This document shows, piece after piece, positions 47,414 through 56,685 of a stretch of 64,000 nucleotides of DNA (positions are counted from its first letter, which is position 1; each line of letters begins with the position of its first letter). The stretch is taken from contig CAWEUD010000013.1 in assembly GCA_963812115.1 (NCBI GenBank), forward strand, positions 141,590 through 205,589, given 5' to 3'. Below the pieces are notes generated by a model. It did not search any database and was not told the DNA's origin. It saw only the letters and a program-made list of their open reading frames with translations. The position numbers and the translations under genes were made by a program. Origin of the DNA: an uncultured Chloroflexia bacterium. GTDB taxonomy: Bacteria; Chloroflexota; Limnocylindria; QHBO01.

Positions 47414-48855
47414 ATGACGACACACGTGGGCGCCCAGACCGTCCCGATCTACCTGGCCGGCGAGTTCGTTGAGGCGGGCACGCCGCTGGAGGTCCGCAAC
47501 CCGGCCAACGGGGAGCTGGTGGGCACCACATTCCAGGCGGGCCCCGAAGAGCTGGAACGCGCGACGCAGGCGGCTGTCGAGGCGTTCGCGACGATGCGAA
47601 GGCTGGCCAGCTACGAGCGCCGCGACGCCCTTGCGCACGTGGGCGACCGCATCATCGAAGAGGCCGATGAGCTCGCCGAGCTGCTCACCCGCGAGTCGGG
47701 CAAGCCGATCAAGGATGCGCGCGGCGAGGTTGCCCGCGCGGCACTCACCTTCCGCACCGCCGGCGAGGAGGCGCTCCGCATCAACGGTGAGTGGCTCCCG
47801 CTGGACTGGAACGCGGCAAGCCGGGGCCGCAGCGGGATCGTGCGGCGCTACCCGATCGGCCCGGTGGCCGGCATCAGCCCCTTCAACTTCCCCCTCAACC
47901 TGGCCGCGCACAAGGTGGCCCCGGCCATCGCCGCGGGCTGCAGCATCGTGCTCAAGCCGCCGTCGAAGGACCCGCTGGTGATGCTGCGCGTGGCCCAGTA
48001 CATCGACGAGACGGATCTGCCGAAGGGCGCGGTGAGCATCCTGCCCATGGATCGGCCCACCGGCGACGCAATGGTGCGCGACGACCGCTTCAAGCTGCTC
48101 AGCTTCACCGGGTCCCCGAGCGTGGGCTGGAAGATGAAGGCCGAGGCGGGCAAGAAGAAGGTGGTGCTCGAACTGGGCGGCAACGCCGGCGCCATCGTCG
48201 ACGAGACCGCCGACCTCGACTGGGCGGTCAGCCGGCTGGTCTACGGGGCGTTCGCGTACGCCGGCCAGGTCTGCATCAGCGTCCAGCGCATCTACGTGGT
48301 CGACGCCGTCTACGATGCCTTCGTCGACCGCTTCGTGGAGAAGGTGCGCGCCGTGACGGTGGGCGACCCGCTCGACCCGGCCACGGACCTTGGCCCGATG
48401 GTCGACCGCAAGGCGGTCGAGCGCACCCACGAGTGGGTCCAGGAGGCGCTCCAGCAGGGCGCAACCGCCCTCGCCGGCGACGAACCGGACGGCCTCTTCT
48501 ACCCGCCGACCGTGCTGGTCGACGTCCCGAAGAGCGCCGCGTCTGCGGCGAGGAGGTCTTCGCCCCGGTCGTCAACCTGTTCCGGGTGCCGGACTTCGAC
48601 GCGGCGATCAGGGAGATCAACGACAGCCAGTTCGGCCTGCAGTGCGGCGTCTTCACCAACGACATGGAGCGCACGCTGACCGCGCACGACGAGCTGGAGG
48701 TGGGTGGCGTGATCGTCAACGACATCCCGACCTGGCGCATCGACCACATGCCGTACGGCGGGGTGAAGGACTCCGGCCTGGGCCGCGAGGGCCTGCGCTA
48801 CTCGATCGAGGACATGACCGAGCCGCGCCTGCTCGCCTTCGTCCGCCCGCTGTAG
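47414..48855 (+). pseudogene. NAD(P)-dependent aldehyde dehydrogenase; frame broken by an apparent 1-nt deletion near 48536-48540 (or a sequencing error)
   Basis: ALDH blocks FNFPLNL, ELGGNA and QVCISVQR lie in frame 2. The end …RVCGEEVFAPVV…DSQFGLQCGVFT…PYGGVKDSGLGREG continues in frame 1 (ORF 47791..48855). Confidence 0.85.
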
Positions 48856-48867
48856 CCGCGCTCGCGC

Positions 48868-49212
48868 ATGACCACCGCCGTCCGCTACGCCCGCGTGCTC
48901 CGGACCGATGAGCTGCGCGACGGCGAGCTGATGCCGGTCGAGATCGACGGCACGCCGGTGGTCCTGGTGCGCCACGCCGGCGAGTTCTTCGCCGTGCAGA
49001 ACAACTGCAGCCACAAGGACTTCCCGCTCTCGGAGGCCGGCTTCGACCCGCGCGACGAGGTCCTCGTCTGCGCCTGGCACGGCGGCTGCTTCGACGTGCG
49101 CAGCGGTGACGCGGTGGTGCCGCCGGCGACCGAGCCGGTCGAGACGTTCCCGGTGCGCATCAGCGAATCGGGGTGGGTCGAGATCGGGCTGACGGGCTCC
49201 CTGGCCCGATGA
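48868..49212 (+). CDS. Rieske [2Fe-2S] domain protein (small ferredoxin-like)
   Basis: CSH...CAWH (CxH-x18-CxxH) ligand motif in a 114-aa protein. Confidence 0.8.
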   Translation: MTTAVRYARVLRTDELRDGELMPVEIDGTPVVLVRHAGEFFAVQNNCSHKDFPLSEAGFDPRDEVLVCAWHGGCFDVRSGDAVVPPATEPVETFPVRISESGWVEIGLTGSLAR

Positions 49213-49991
49213 CGATCGAGGCGCTGCCCTTCGTCAACTGGATCTTCTGGGCGGCGCTCACCTCCGGCACGCTGCTGGTCGTCGGCCTGACCGAGCTGCT
49301 GGGCGGGACGACGCGCGGCTATCGGCTCTTCATGGCCTGGCTGCTGGCCGCCTTCGCCGCCGTGCTGCTGCTCTCCGAGCTCAACCTCGCGCTGGGGACC
49401 GTCGCGGACGACACCGCCGGCGCGCGTCGCGGATCCTGGTGTGGGCCTTCACCGGCCTGGCGGCCCTCTACCTGGTCGCCTCGCTCGCGAAGCTGCCGCG
49501 GTCGGGGATGGCGATCGCCGGCGGACTGGTCGGCATCCTGGCCCTGGTGACCCTGGCCAACGCCGGCGGCACGCTCAGCCCGCTCGCTCTTCGCCGCGCA
49601 GCTGATCCTGGCCGCACTGGCGCTCGGCGCGGTGAACGCCGCGATGCTGCTGGGCCACTGGTACCTGGTGACGCCGAAGCTGTCGCCGTCCCCGCTGCGC
49701 CGGATGATGTGGCTGCTGGTGGTCGCGCTGGGGCTGCAGGCCGTGGTCTTCGTGCTGGCGATGGTCTTCGTCAGCAACGGCCCGCTGGGCGGGCCCATCG
49801 GCTGGCTGACCTGGCTGCGGCTGCTGGTCGGCATCGCGCTGCCGATCGGCATCACCGTGCTGGCCTACCTGGCCAGCCGCGCGGCCTCGCTGCAGGCGAG
49901 CACCGGTCTGCTCTACATCGGCCTGGCGTTCGTGATGGCCGGATCGATCGCCGCGGCCAGCATCACCTACCTGACCGGCGTGCCGGTGTAG
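49209..49991 (+). pseudogene. polytopic membrane protein read through two compensating frame changes (~49430 and ~49589)
   Basis: The ATG at 49209 overlaps the Rieske stop (ATGA). Hydrophobic helices continue from frame 0 (to ~49430) into frame 2 (LVWAFTGLAALYLVA…GGLVGILALVTLA) and back to frame 0 (LFAAQLILAALALGAVNAAMLLGHWYLV…). Frame 0 alone hits a stop at 49548. Confidence 0.6.
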
Positions 49992-50002
49992 GGTCAGGAC
50001 CG

Positions 50003-50668
50003 ATGCGCGTCACCGTCCGCACCTTCGCCACGCTGCGTGAGGCCTCGGCCGACCGCGTCGAGCTCCTGCTAGCTCGACGACGCGAGCGTCGCTGGCCGAT
50101 GCGTGGGCCGCCATGGTGGAGCGCCACCCGGCGCTGGCACCGCACCGCGAGTTCGTGCGCGCGGCGCGGAACGGCAGCTACGCCGGCTGGGACGAGCCGC
50201 TGGCCGATGGCGACGAGGTCGCCTTCCTGCCGCCGGTGAGCGGCGGCGCCACCTCGGGCCTGACCGACGGGCCGATCGACGTCGGCGCGCTTGAGAGAGC
50301 CGTCGTCGCCGGACTGCAGCACGGCGCGCTGGTCATCCTTCATCGGTCGCGCGCGGCGCACCTCCGACGATGGGCGCGAGGTCGTCGAGCTCGAGTACGA
50401 GGTCTACCCGGAGATGGCCGAGCGCGTGCTCGCCGAGATCGCGGCCGAGGCCGAGGCGCGCTGGCCGGGACTCGCGTCGGCCGTGGTGCACCGTACCGGG
50501 GTGGTCCCGCTGGGCGAGGCGGCGGTGGCCATCGTCACCGCGGCACCCCACCGTTCGGCGGCATACGAGGCCAATCGCTTCATCATCGAGGCGATCAAGG
50601 AGCGGCTGCCGATCTGGAAGCTGGAGCGCTTCCCCGACGGCAGCGAGTGGAAGCGGCCAGGCGCCTAG
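50003..50668 (+). pseudogene. fused molybdopterin synthase MoaD-MoaE (MoaX-like) with three apparent +1 insertions (~50075, ~50094, ~50338)
   Basis: The MoaD part is MRVTVRTFATLREA…DGDEVAFLPPVSGG. The MoaE part is GALV.FIGRAR…VVELEYEVYPEMAE…HRSAAYEANRFIIEAIKERLPIWKLE. The pieces lie successively in frames 2, 0, 1 and 2. Confidence 0.75.
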
Positions 50669-51216
50669 CCGGCCAGGCGCGCCAGCCAGGCATCGGCCTC
50701 CGCCGGCGAGCGCAGGTGGACCACCGCCAGCTCGGGGTGCCGGCGCACCAGGACCGGGTACTCGCGCCGGCGTCGATGATAGGTCGAGAGGATCCACCAC
50801 AGCAGCCCCTCGCGCCCGACGAGGTGGTTCCGCAGCCGTTCGCGGTTGCCGGTTCCGGGCCATAGCTCCTCTCGGCTGCGGATCCGGCGCCGGGTCCGCA
50901 CCAGGTAGCGGCGCAGGACGGTGCGCAGCGGGTAATCGAGCCACACGATCGCCTCGGCTCGCTCCCACATGAGGTCGCGGACGACCGAGTAATTACCGTC
51001 CGCCACCCATCCGGCGCCGGCGATCGCGGCCGAGACGCGCTCGCGCATCTGCTGCGGGCTGGCCTCGGTCCAGTTCGGTCCCCAGTGCAGTGCGTCCAGC
51101 TCCACGTGGGGCACGCCCAGGCGCGCCGCCAGGGCGACGGCGAATGTCGTCTTGCCGGATGAGCTGGTGCCGACGACGTTCACGCGCCGGTAGGGGAAGG
51201 GCGATGCCTGCGCCAT
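50665..51216 (-). CDS. P-loop NTPase, adenylate-kinase/topology-modulation (FlaR)-like
   Basis: Walker A VVGTSSSGKTT and a 183-aa kinase-like layout. The 3' end overlaps moaDE by 4 nt (convergent). Confidence 0.7.
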   Translation of the reverse strand: MAQASPFPYRRVNVVGTSSSGKTTFAVALAARLGVPHVELDALHWGPNWTEASPQQMRERVSAAIAGAGWVADGNYSVVRDLMWERAEAIVWLDYPLRTVLRRYLVRTRRRIRSREELWPGTGNRERLRNHLVGREGLLWWILSTYHRRRREYPVLVRRHPELAVVHLRSPAEADAWLARLAG

Positions 51217-51299
51217 GGCCGGCCGATTCTAGGCGTCGTCGCAGGAGGGCAGGTGGTGCCAGTTGGCACACTGGCCCCGGACAGGCACAATGCGCGCTG

Positions 51300-52418
51300 A
51301 TGTCGACTCCGAAGCCGGGGCAGATTCGCTGTCCCACCTGTCTCCGATCCACGCCGCCCGCGGCCTACTGCACACAGTGCGGTTCGCCGATCCCGCCGTC
51401 CGCGCGGGTTCGCCCCCGCGGCATGGACCGCGACGAGCTCGAGGATCGCGTACGGCGACGTCCGGGAGAGGGCGGCTTCCGTCGCGGGCAGCAGGTCGAC
51501 GAGACGCCGGCCAGCGCGGGCTACGTCCCGTACGAGCCGGAGCCGGAGGATGCGCTTGCCGTACGACCCGATGGCGGCGAGCCCGATGCCTACGGGCCGC
51601 CCTCGTCACCGACGGCGGAGGAGACCGACGAGATCGAGGCCGCCCCCGTGTGGGCCAGCACCGCGGCCGCGCCGCCGCCGGCTCCGCGTCCGGATGAACG
51701 TGCATACCAGCCGCCGGTCGGGGACGAGCCGCACCCCGATGCGGTGGACGACTACGACGATCGAGCCTATGGCGAGCCGGGGGATGCCTACGCCTACCCC
51801 TACGCGGGAGGAGAGGACGGCGGCGGCCGCGGTACCAACAACTCCCTTGCCGTCATCGGCTTCGTGGTCCTCTGCGTGCTGGCGCTGGCGGTCGGCGCCG
51901 TGCTGGCTGGCCTGCTGGGCGGCGAGGAGCAGGTGGGACAGGCAACTCCGACGCCGGTGACCAGCGGTGCACCCGCGACGGAGCAGCCGACCGAGGCTCC
52001 CAGCAGCAGCGCGCCCAGCGAGACCGGCGCCGAGGCAACGCCCGAGCCGACCGACGGTCCGGTCACCTTCGCCGATGGTGCCGTGTACGAGGTCCAGCCC
52101 TGCGGATCGTACGAATTCACCGCGGACCTGAGCGGATGCAAGGTGGACGGCAGCCAGCGCGACAACGGCAACGTCTGGATCCTCGTCATTTTCGACAAGG
52201 CGAGGGGGACCGATGACGTGACGCTCCAGCTGCGGTCGCAGGGCGAGACGCTCGACAGCCAGGCGAAGGCGCTGGGCGACGTCGTCAACTGCGGCGACAC
52301 CTGCCGCGGCCTGATCTGGGGCGCGGTCTACCGAGACCTCCAGCCCGGACAGTACGAGCTGCTGCTGCGCCGCAACGGCGACTTCGCCGACCGCGCCAGC
52401 TTCACGGTGGGTGGCTAG
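51300..52418 (+). CDS. zinc-ribbon / acidic Pro-rich disordered / single-TM / extracytoplasmic-domain protein
   Basis: CPTC…CTQCG N-terminus. A D/E/P/Y-rich region of about 150 aa. TM helix LAVIGFVVLCVLALAVGAVLAGLL. A C-terminal domain of about 130 aa with 4 Cys. Confidence 0.6.
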   Translation: MSTPKPGQIRCPTCLRSTPPAAYCTQCGSPIPPSARVRPRGMDRDELEDRVRRRPGEGGFRRGQQVDETPASAGYVPYEPEPEDALAVRPDGGEPDAYGPPSSPTAEETDEIEAAPVWASTAAAPPPAPRPDERAYQPPVGDEPHPDAVDDYDDRAYGEPGDAYAYPYAGGEDGGGRGTNNSLAVIGFVVLCVLALAVGAVLAGLLGGEEQVGQATPTPVTSGAPATEQPTEAPSSSAPSETGAEATPEPTDGPVTFADGAVYEVQPCGSYEFTADLSGCKVDGSQRDNGNVWILVIFDKARGTDDVTLQLRSQGETLDSQAKALGDVVNCGDTCRGLIWGAVYRDLQPGQYELLLRRNGDFADRASFTVGG

Positions 52419-52419
52419 C

Positions 52420-53481
52420 TCAGGCGAAGGTGGGCCGCGGTTCGTCGCCCCGCGCACGACGCCGTGCTGCCAGCGCGCTCAGCGCCTCCATCACGCAGCG
52501 GTTGGCGGCGGCCGCAGTGACCTCGGAGACATCGTACGGGGGTGCAACTTCAACGACGTCCATGCCCGCCAGCTCCACGGAACCGACGACCTGGCGCACG
52601 GCGCGCAGGAGCTCCCGGGTGAGCATGCCGCCCGGCTCGGGCGTGCCGGTCCCGGGCGCCATGCCCGGATCGATGACGTCGATATCGATCGACAGGTAGA
52701 TCACCTCCGGCCCGTCGAGCGCCTCGGCGATCGCATCGGCGACCACCGCCTCCGCGCCTCGCTCCTCGATCTCCGTCATGAAGTGGTAGCGCAGGCCGTT
52801 GCGCCCCATCCAGTCGAGCGTCTCCGGCGGCGGCCAGTAGCCGCGCAGCCCAACCTGCACGAAGTTCCGGCCGGCGACCGCGCCCGATTCGATCAGCCGC
52901 CGCATGGGCGTTCCGTGTGACCGCAGCACGCCCCAGGTGGTGGCGGCGGCATCGGCGTGGGCGTCGAAGTGGACGACGCCGAGGCGCCGTGGGGCCACGT
53001 GCTCGGCGACCGCCGAGGCCGACGGGAAGGTGATGGAGTGGTCGCCGCCGAGAATGATCGGGATGGCGCCGGTCTCGGCGACGGCCGCCACCTTGCGGCG
53101 GATCACCTCGTGGGCACGGTCCGGGTTGGCCGGGATGATGGGCGCGTCCCCGGCGTCCACCACGTCCAGCCACTCGAATGGCTGGATCCCGAGCTGCAAC
53201 GAGTTGACGGATCCTGCGTGGTAGGTCGCCGTCCGTATCGCGCGTGGCCCGAAGCGGGCGCCGGGACGGTGGCTGACCGCGTCGTCGAAGGGCGCACCGA
53301 TGATCGCGACGTCCGGCTGGCGGTCCGCGACGGCCGCGTCGTCCAGCCACGGAAGCTTCTGGAAGCTGGCGGCCCCCACGTAGGCAGGCAGGTCGAAGTC
53401 GGCGAACTCGTGGTACGGGTCCGCGCCACTGGGCGGGTTCTCGTCGTTGGTGCCGCGATGGCGGCGCTTCTCGTCAGCCAT
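52420..53481 (-). CDS. speB: agmatinase (ureohydrolase/arginase family)
   Basis: GGDHSITFP, VHFDAHAD and SIDIDVIDPGMAPGTGTPEPGG Mn-ligand motifs. Confidence 0.85.
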   Translation of the reverse strand: MADEKRRHRGTNDENPPSGADPYHEFADFDLPAYVGAASFQKLPWLDDAAVADRQPDVAIIGAPFDDAVSHRPGARFGPRAIRTATYHAGSVNSLQLGIQPFEWLDVVDAGDAPIIPANPDRAHEVIRRKVAAVAETGAIPIILGGDHSITFPSASAVAEHVAPRRLGVVHFDAHADAAATTWGVLRSHGTPMRRLIESGAVAGRNFVQVGLRGYWPPPETLDWMGRNGLRYHFMTEIEERGAEAVVADAIAEALDGPEVIYLSIDIDVIDPGMAPGTGTPEPGGMLTRELLRAVRQVVGSVELAGMDVVEVAPPYDVSEVTAAAANRCVMEALSALAARRRARGDEPRPTFA

Positions 53482-53606
53482 GGGTGGCGAGAGGTCTCCT
53501 TCGTCTGCAGCGGACGCCGTCGCGGCGCGGAGCAGGTCCGCTCAAAGCCGAAGCGCGGGCGATGGTACCAGAGCACGCCGGGCGCCCTGCTACCATCGGG
53601 CTGAAG

Positions 53607-54002
53607 ATGGCGCCGCCGGACCGCATCTACACCATCGACGAAGCCAACGCCCTCGTGCCCGAGGTGCGGGCGATTCTCCTCCAGATGGGGTTCGAGGAGG
53701 CGCGCGTGGAACGCGTCCACGAGGAGCTGCACCGGCGCCTGGAGGGGAACGGTGGCCCGGCCTCGCGCGCGGCCGCCGACCGGCTCGAGGTCGAGATGAC
53801 CGAGATCTCCGAGGGCATCAGGACCCTGCTCACGCACCTCCAGGAGCGGGGGATCGTGGTGCGCGACCTCGAGATGGGACTGGTCGACTTCCCGTGCGAG
53901 CGCGAGGGCAGGCGTGTCTGGCTCTGCTGGCGGCTCGCCGATCCGGCCGTCGCGTTCTGGCACGGGACCGACGAGGGCTACGCCAGCCGGAAGCCGTGGT
54001 GA
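53607..54002 (+). CDS. DUF2203-like protein
   Basis: 131 aa. The YTIDEANALVPEV… N-terminus and GIVVRDLEMGLVDFP…LCW…WH block match my recollection of DUF2203. Confidence 0.55.
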   Translation: MAPPDRIYTIDEANALVPEVRAILLQMGFEEARVERVHEELHRRLEGNGGPASRAAADRLEVEMTEISEGIRTLLTHLQERGIVVRDLEMGLVDFPCEREGRRVWLCWRLADPAVAFWHGTDEGYASRKPW

Positions 54003-54928
54003 CCCACTTCCTGGTCATCGGCGACGCAACGATCGACGTGACGGTGGCCCCGACTCATTCGCTGCGCCACGCCGGCGACGTGCCGGCTGCCGTTCGATTC
54101 GGCTTCGGCGGCCAGGGGGCGAACGTGGCCGTGCGGCTGGCACGTCGTGGAGCGGACGTTTCGCTCCTGGCGGCGATCGGCTCGGATGCCGCCGGCCGTC
54201 TCATCGCCGAAACCCTCGCGGCGGAGGGCGTGCAGCTCGAGGCCGCCGCGGTCAGTCGCAGCTCGGCCGTGGTCGCACTGCTCGACCCATCGGGTGAACG
54301 ATCGATGCTCTCGGATCGGCAGCCGCTGCCCGCCGCGGCGCTGGGGTCCCTTGCGACCCATGCTTCCTGGATTCACGCGTCCGCCTACGCCCTGCTCGAC
54401 GAGGAGGAGGGCGCGGCGCTCGCAACGTGGCTCGGCGGGCGGGCGGCGGGGACGCGGCTGAGCGTCGCGGGTGGCAGCATCCCGCCGGTAGACGAGCTCG
54501 TGACGCGCATGCTCTCGCGGCTGGCGGTGGCGCGCCCGGAGCTGCTGCTCGCCAGCCGCGATGAGGCCGGCGCGCTGCTGGGCGAACCTTCGCCGCCAAC
54601 GGGTGAGGCCGCCGCCCGCCTCGCGCACCTCGCGCCGCTGGTCCTCGTGACCGACGGTCGTCAGGGTTCATCGGCCTGCGTGGATGGTGAGGGGATCGAC
54701 GTGCCGGCCCACCATGCTCCGGCACCCGTGCTGGATGCCACGGGGAGCGGCGACGGCTACTGTGCCGCGCTCATCGCGGAGCTCGTCGCGTTCCCCTGGC
54801 CGCCGCGACCAGAGGACCTCCGCCGGGCAATGGCCGCGGCCAGCCGCGCCGGCTCGCAGGTCGCACGCGTGTTCGGCGCGCAGGGCCGGACTCCGGACGA
54901 GACGGCGACATCCGGTGCGCGCACGTGA
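53999..54928 (+). CDS. PfkB-family carbohydrate kinase, probable pseudouridine kinase
   Basis: GG…GANVAV and DATGSGD motifs. The GTG at 53999 overlaps the upstream stop. Located directly upstream of psuG. Confidence 0.7.
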   Translation: MTHFLVIGDATIDVTVAPTHSLRHAGDVPAAVRFGFGGQGANVAVRLARRGADVSLLAAIGSDAAGRLIAETLAAEGVQLEAAAVSRSSAVVALLDPSGERSMLSDRQPLPAAALGSLATHASWIHASAYALLDEEEGAALATWLGGRAAGTRLSVAGGSIPPVDELVTRMLSRLAVARPELLLASRDEAGALLGEPSPPTGEAAARLAHLAPLVLVTDGRQGSSACVDGEGIDVPAHHAPAPVLDATGSGDGYCAALIAELVAFPWPPRPEDLRRAMAAASRAGSQVARVFGAQGRTPDETATSGART

Positions 54929-55875
54929 GCGGGGGCGGAGGCTTCCTGCTGCTGGCGCGCGAGGTCGGGGAGGCGCTCGCGACGGGGACGCCCGTGGTCG
55001 CCCTCGAATCGAGCCTGCTGGCCCAAGGCCTCCCGGTGCCCCACAACCTGGATACCGCGCGGGCGGCGGAGCGTGGAGTGCGGGAGGCGGGGGCGGTTCC
55101 CGCCACGACCGCCGTGGATGGAGGCCACCTGGTCGTGGGCGCAGATGATGCCCTCCTTGAGCGGCTTGCCGATCCTGCCTCCGACGTGGCGAAGGCGGGA
55201 TCGCGCGATCTTGGTCCCCTGCTCGCCGCCGGCCGCATGGCGTCGACGACGGTGTCGGCAACCATGCGCATCGCCCGCCTGGCCGGCATCTCCTGCTTCG
55301 CGACGGGGGGAATCGGTGGCGTGCATCGCGGCGCATCGACCAGCTACGACGTCTCTTCGGACATCGACGAGCTGGCCGCCACGCCGGTCGCGGTCGTCTG
55401 CTCCGGCGCCAAGTCGATCCTGGACCTGCCCGCCACGCTCGAGATGCTCGAGACCCGCCGAGTGCCGGTCGTGGGGCTGGGAGTGGACGAGCTGCCCGCC
55501 TTCTACGCGACCTCTTCGGGGCTGCGGCTGGAGCACCGCGCCGATTCCATCGCCGCCGCCGCTGCTGCCGTCTCGGCCCACCTGTCGTTGCCGGGTGCCG
55601 GCGGCATCCTGCTCGTCCAGCCGCCGCCTGCCGAGCTGGCAATCGACTCGGCGGAGGTCGAGGGCTGGATCGCCCACGCCGTGGACGACGGCATCGAGCG
55701 GGGCCTGCGCGGCGGCGCCGTCACGCCGTTCGTCCTCTCCTACCTGGCCGCGGCATCCCATGGCCGCACGCTGGCTACCAACATCGGCCTGATCGTGAAC
55801 AACGCGCGAACCGCCGCGCAGCTGGCAGTTGCCATGGCCGCCGATCAGGACCATCGGCCTGTCCAGCGGGACTGA
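54925..55875 (+). CDS. psuG: pseudouridine-5'-phosphate glycosidase
   Basis: ALESSLLAQGLP, FATGGIGGVHRG and VVCSGAKSILD blocks. Confidence 0.9.
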   Translation: MSGGGGFLLLAREVGEALATGTPVVALESSLLAQGLPVPHNLDTARAAERGVREAGAVPATTAVDGGHLVVGADDALLERLADPASDVAKAGSRDLGPLLAAGRMASTTVSATMRIARLAGISCFATGGIGGVHRGASTSYDVSSDIDELAATPVAVVCSGAKSILDLPATLEMLETRRVPVVGLGVDELPAFYATSSGLRLEHRADSIAAAAAAVSAHLSLPGAGGILLVQPPPAELAIDSAEVEGWIAHAVDDGIERGLRGGAVTPFVLSYLAAASHGRTLATNIGLIVNNARTAAQLAVAMAADQDHRPVQRD

Positions 55876-55935
55876 CGCCAGCATCCCGACGGAGTATCCT
55901 GCCCGCACGGTCCGGCGGGGGAGCAGGAGGGTGCC

Positions 55936-56475
55936 ATGCGTATCTACGACGGAAGCCCGCGACAGGACTGGGAAGAAGCCCTGCGGGCGATCGGCGCATT
56001 CGCCGATCGGACGGGCCTGAAGGAGCTCCTCTTCCTGGAGCTCGAGGATGGCTTCCTGCTGCAGGGCCTGGGCATCCAGTCCGGAGGCCAGGACGCCGAC
56101 AACATGGGCGCCATCGCCAAGCGAACCTACGAGCTGCTCGATGACCAGGTCGGCCAGCTGATGGACGAGAGCGCCGGCCACCGCGGCGAGTCGGCGGACG
56201 AGGCCCCGCACCTCGGGGTGACCAACTACTACGAGCAGGCGCTGCGCATCGTCGGGGGCTGGGTCGACCGCGAAAAGGCGCGCGATCTCTTCTTCTTCGA
56301 GCAGGACGGCTCATTCGTGGTCCGAGTCCTGCAGTCGGGGACGGGTGGCAGCGTTGGCCATCGGCTGGCGGAATTCACCCGGGACGAGATTGTGGCTATG
56401 ATCGACGAAGCACCACGACTACGAGATTCAGCACCGGCCGCGGCACCAGCGGCGCAAGGGGAGGCCCCTACATGA
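55936..56475 (+). CDS. hypothetical protein with an internal two-fold repeat
   Basis: 179 aa. The segment LKELLFLELEDGFLLQGL…YELLDDQVGQLMDE parallels ARDLFFFEQDGSFVVRVL…FTRDEIVAMIDE. Confidence 0.55.
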   Translation: MRIYDGSPRQDWEEALRAIGAFADRTGLKELLFLELEDGFLLQGLGIQSGGQDADNMGAIAKRTYELLDDQVGQLMDESAGHRGESADEAPHLGVTNYYEQALRIVGGWVDREKARDLFFFEQDGSFVVRVLQSGTGGSVGHRLAEFTRDEIVAMIDEAPRLRDSAPAAAPAAQGEAPT

Positions 56476-56624
56476 AGGCACTGAAGGTCCTGCTCATCAG
56501 CATCGGCGCCATCCTGGCCGCGCTGATCGTGATTCCGCTCACGATCCTGGCCGGTTTGTTCGTCTGGCTGAAGCTCACAGAGGAGACCGAGGACGACGAC
56601 CTCGAGATCGAGGACACCGTCTAG
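56472..56624 (+). CDS. possible 50-aa membrane micro-protein
   Basis: Read from the raw sequence; it is below the ORF-track cutoff. Translation: MKALKVLLISIGAILAALIVIPLTILAGLFVWLKLTEETEDDDLEIEDTV. The ATG overlaps the upstream stop (ATGA). Confidence 0.4.
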   Translation: MKALKVLLISIGAILAALIVIPLTILAGLFVWLKLTEETEDDDLEIEDTV

Positions 56625-56685
56625 CGGGACCGCCCACGCGCGAGCTGGCTCCATGCGGGCGCCCCTGGGGCGCCCGTCCTGCTGC

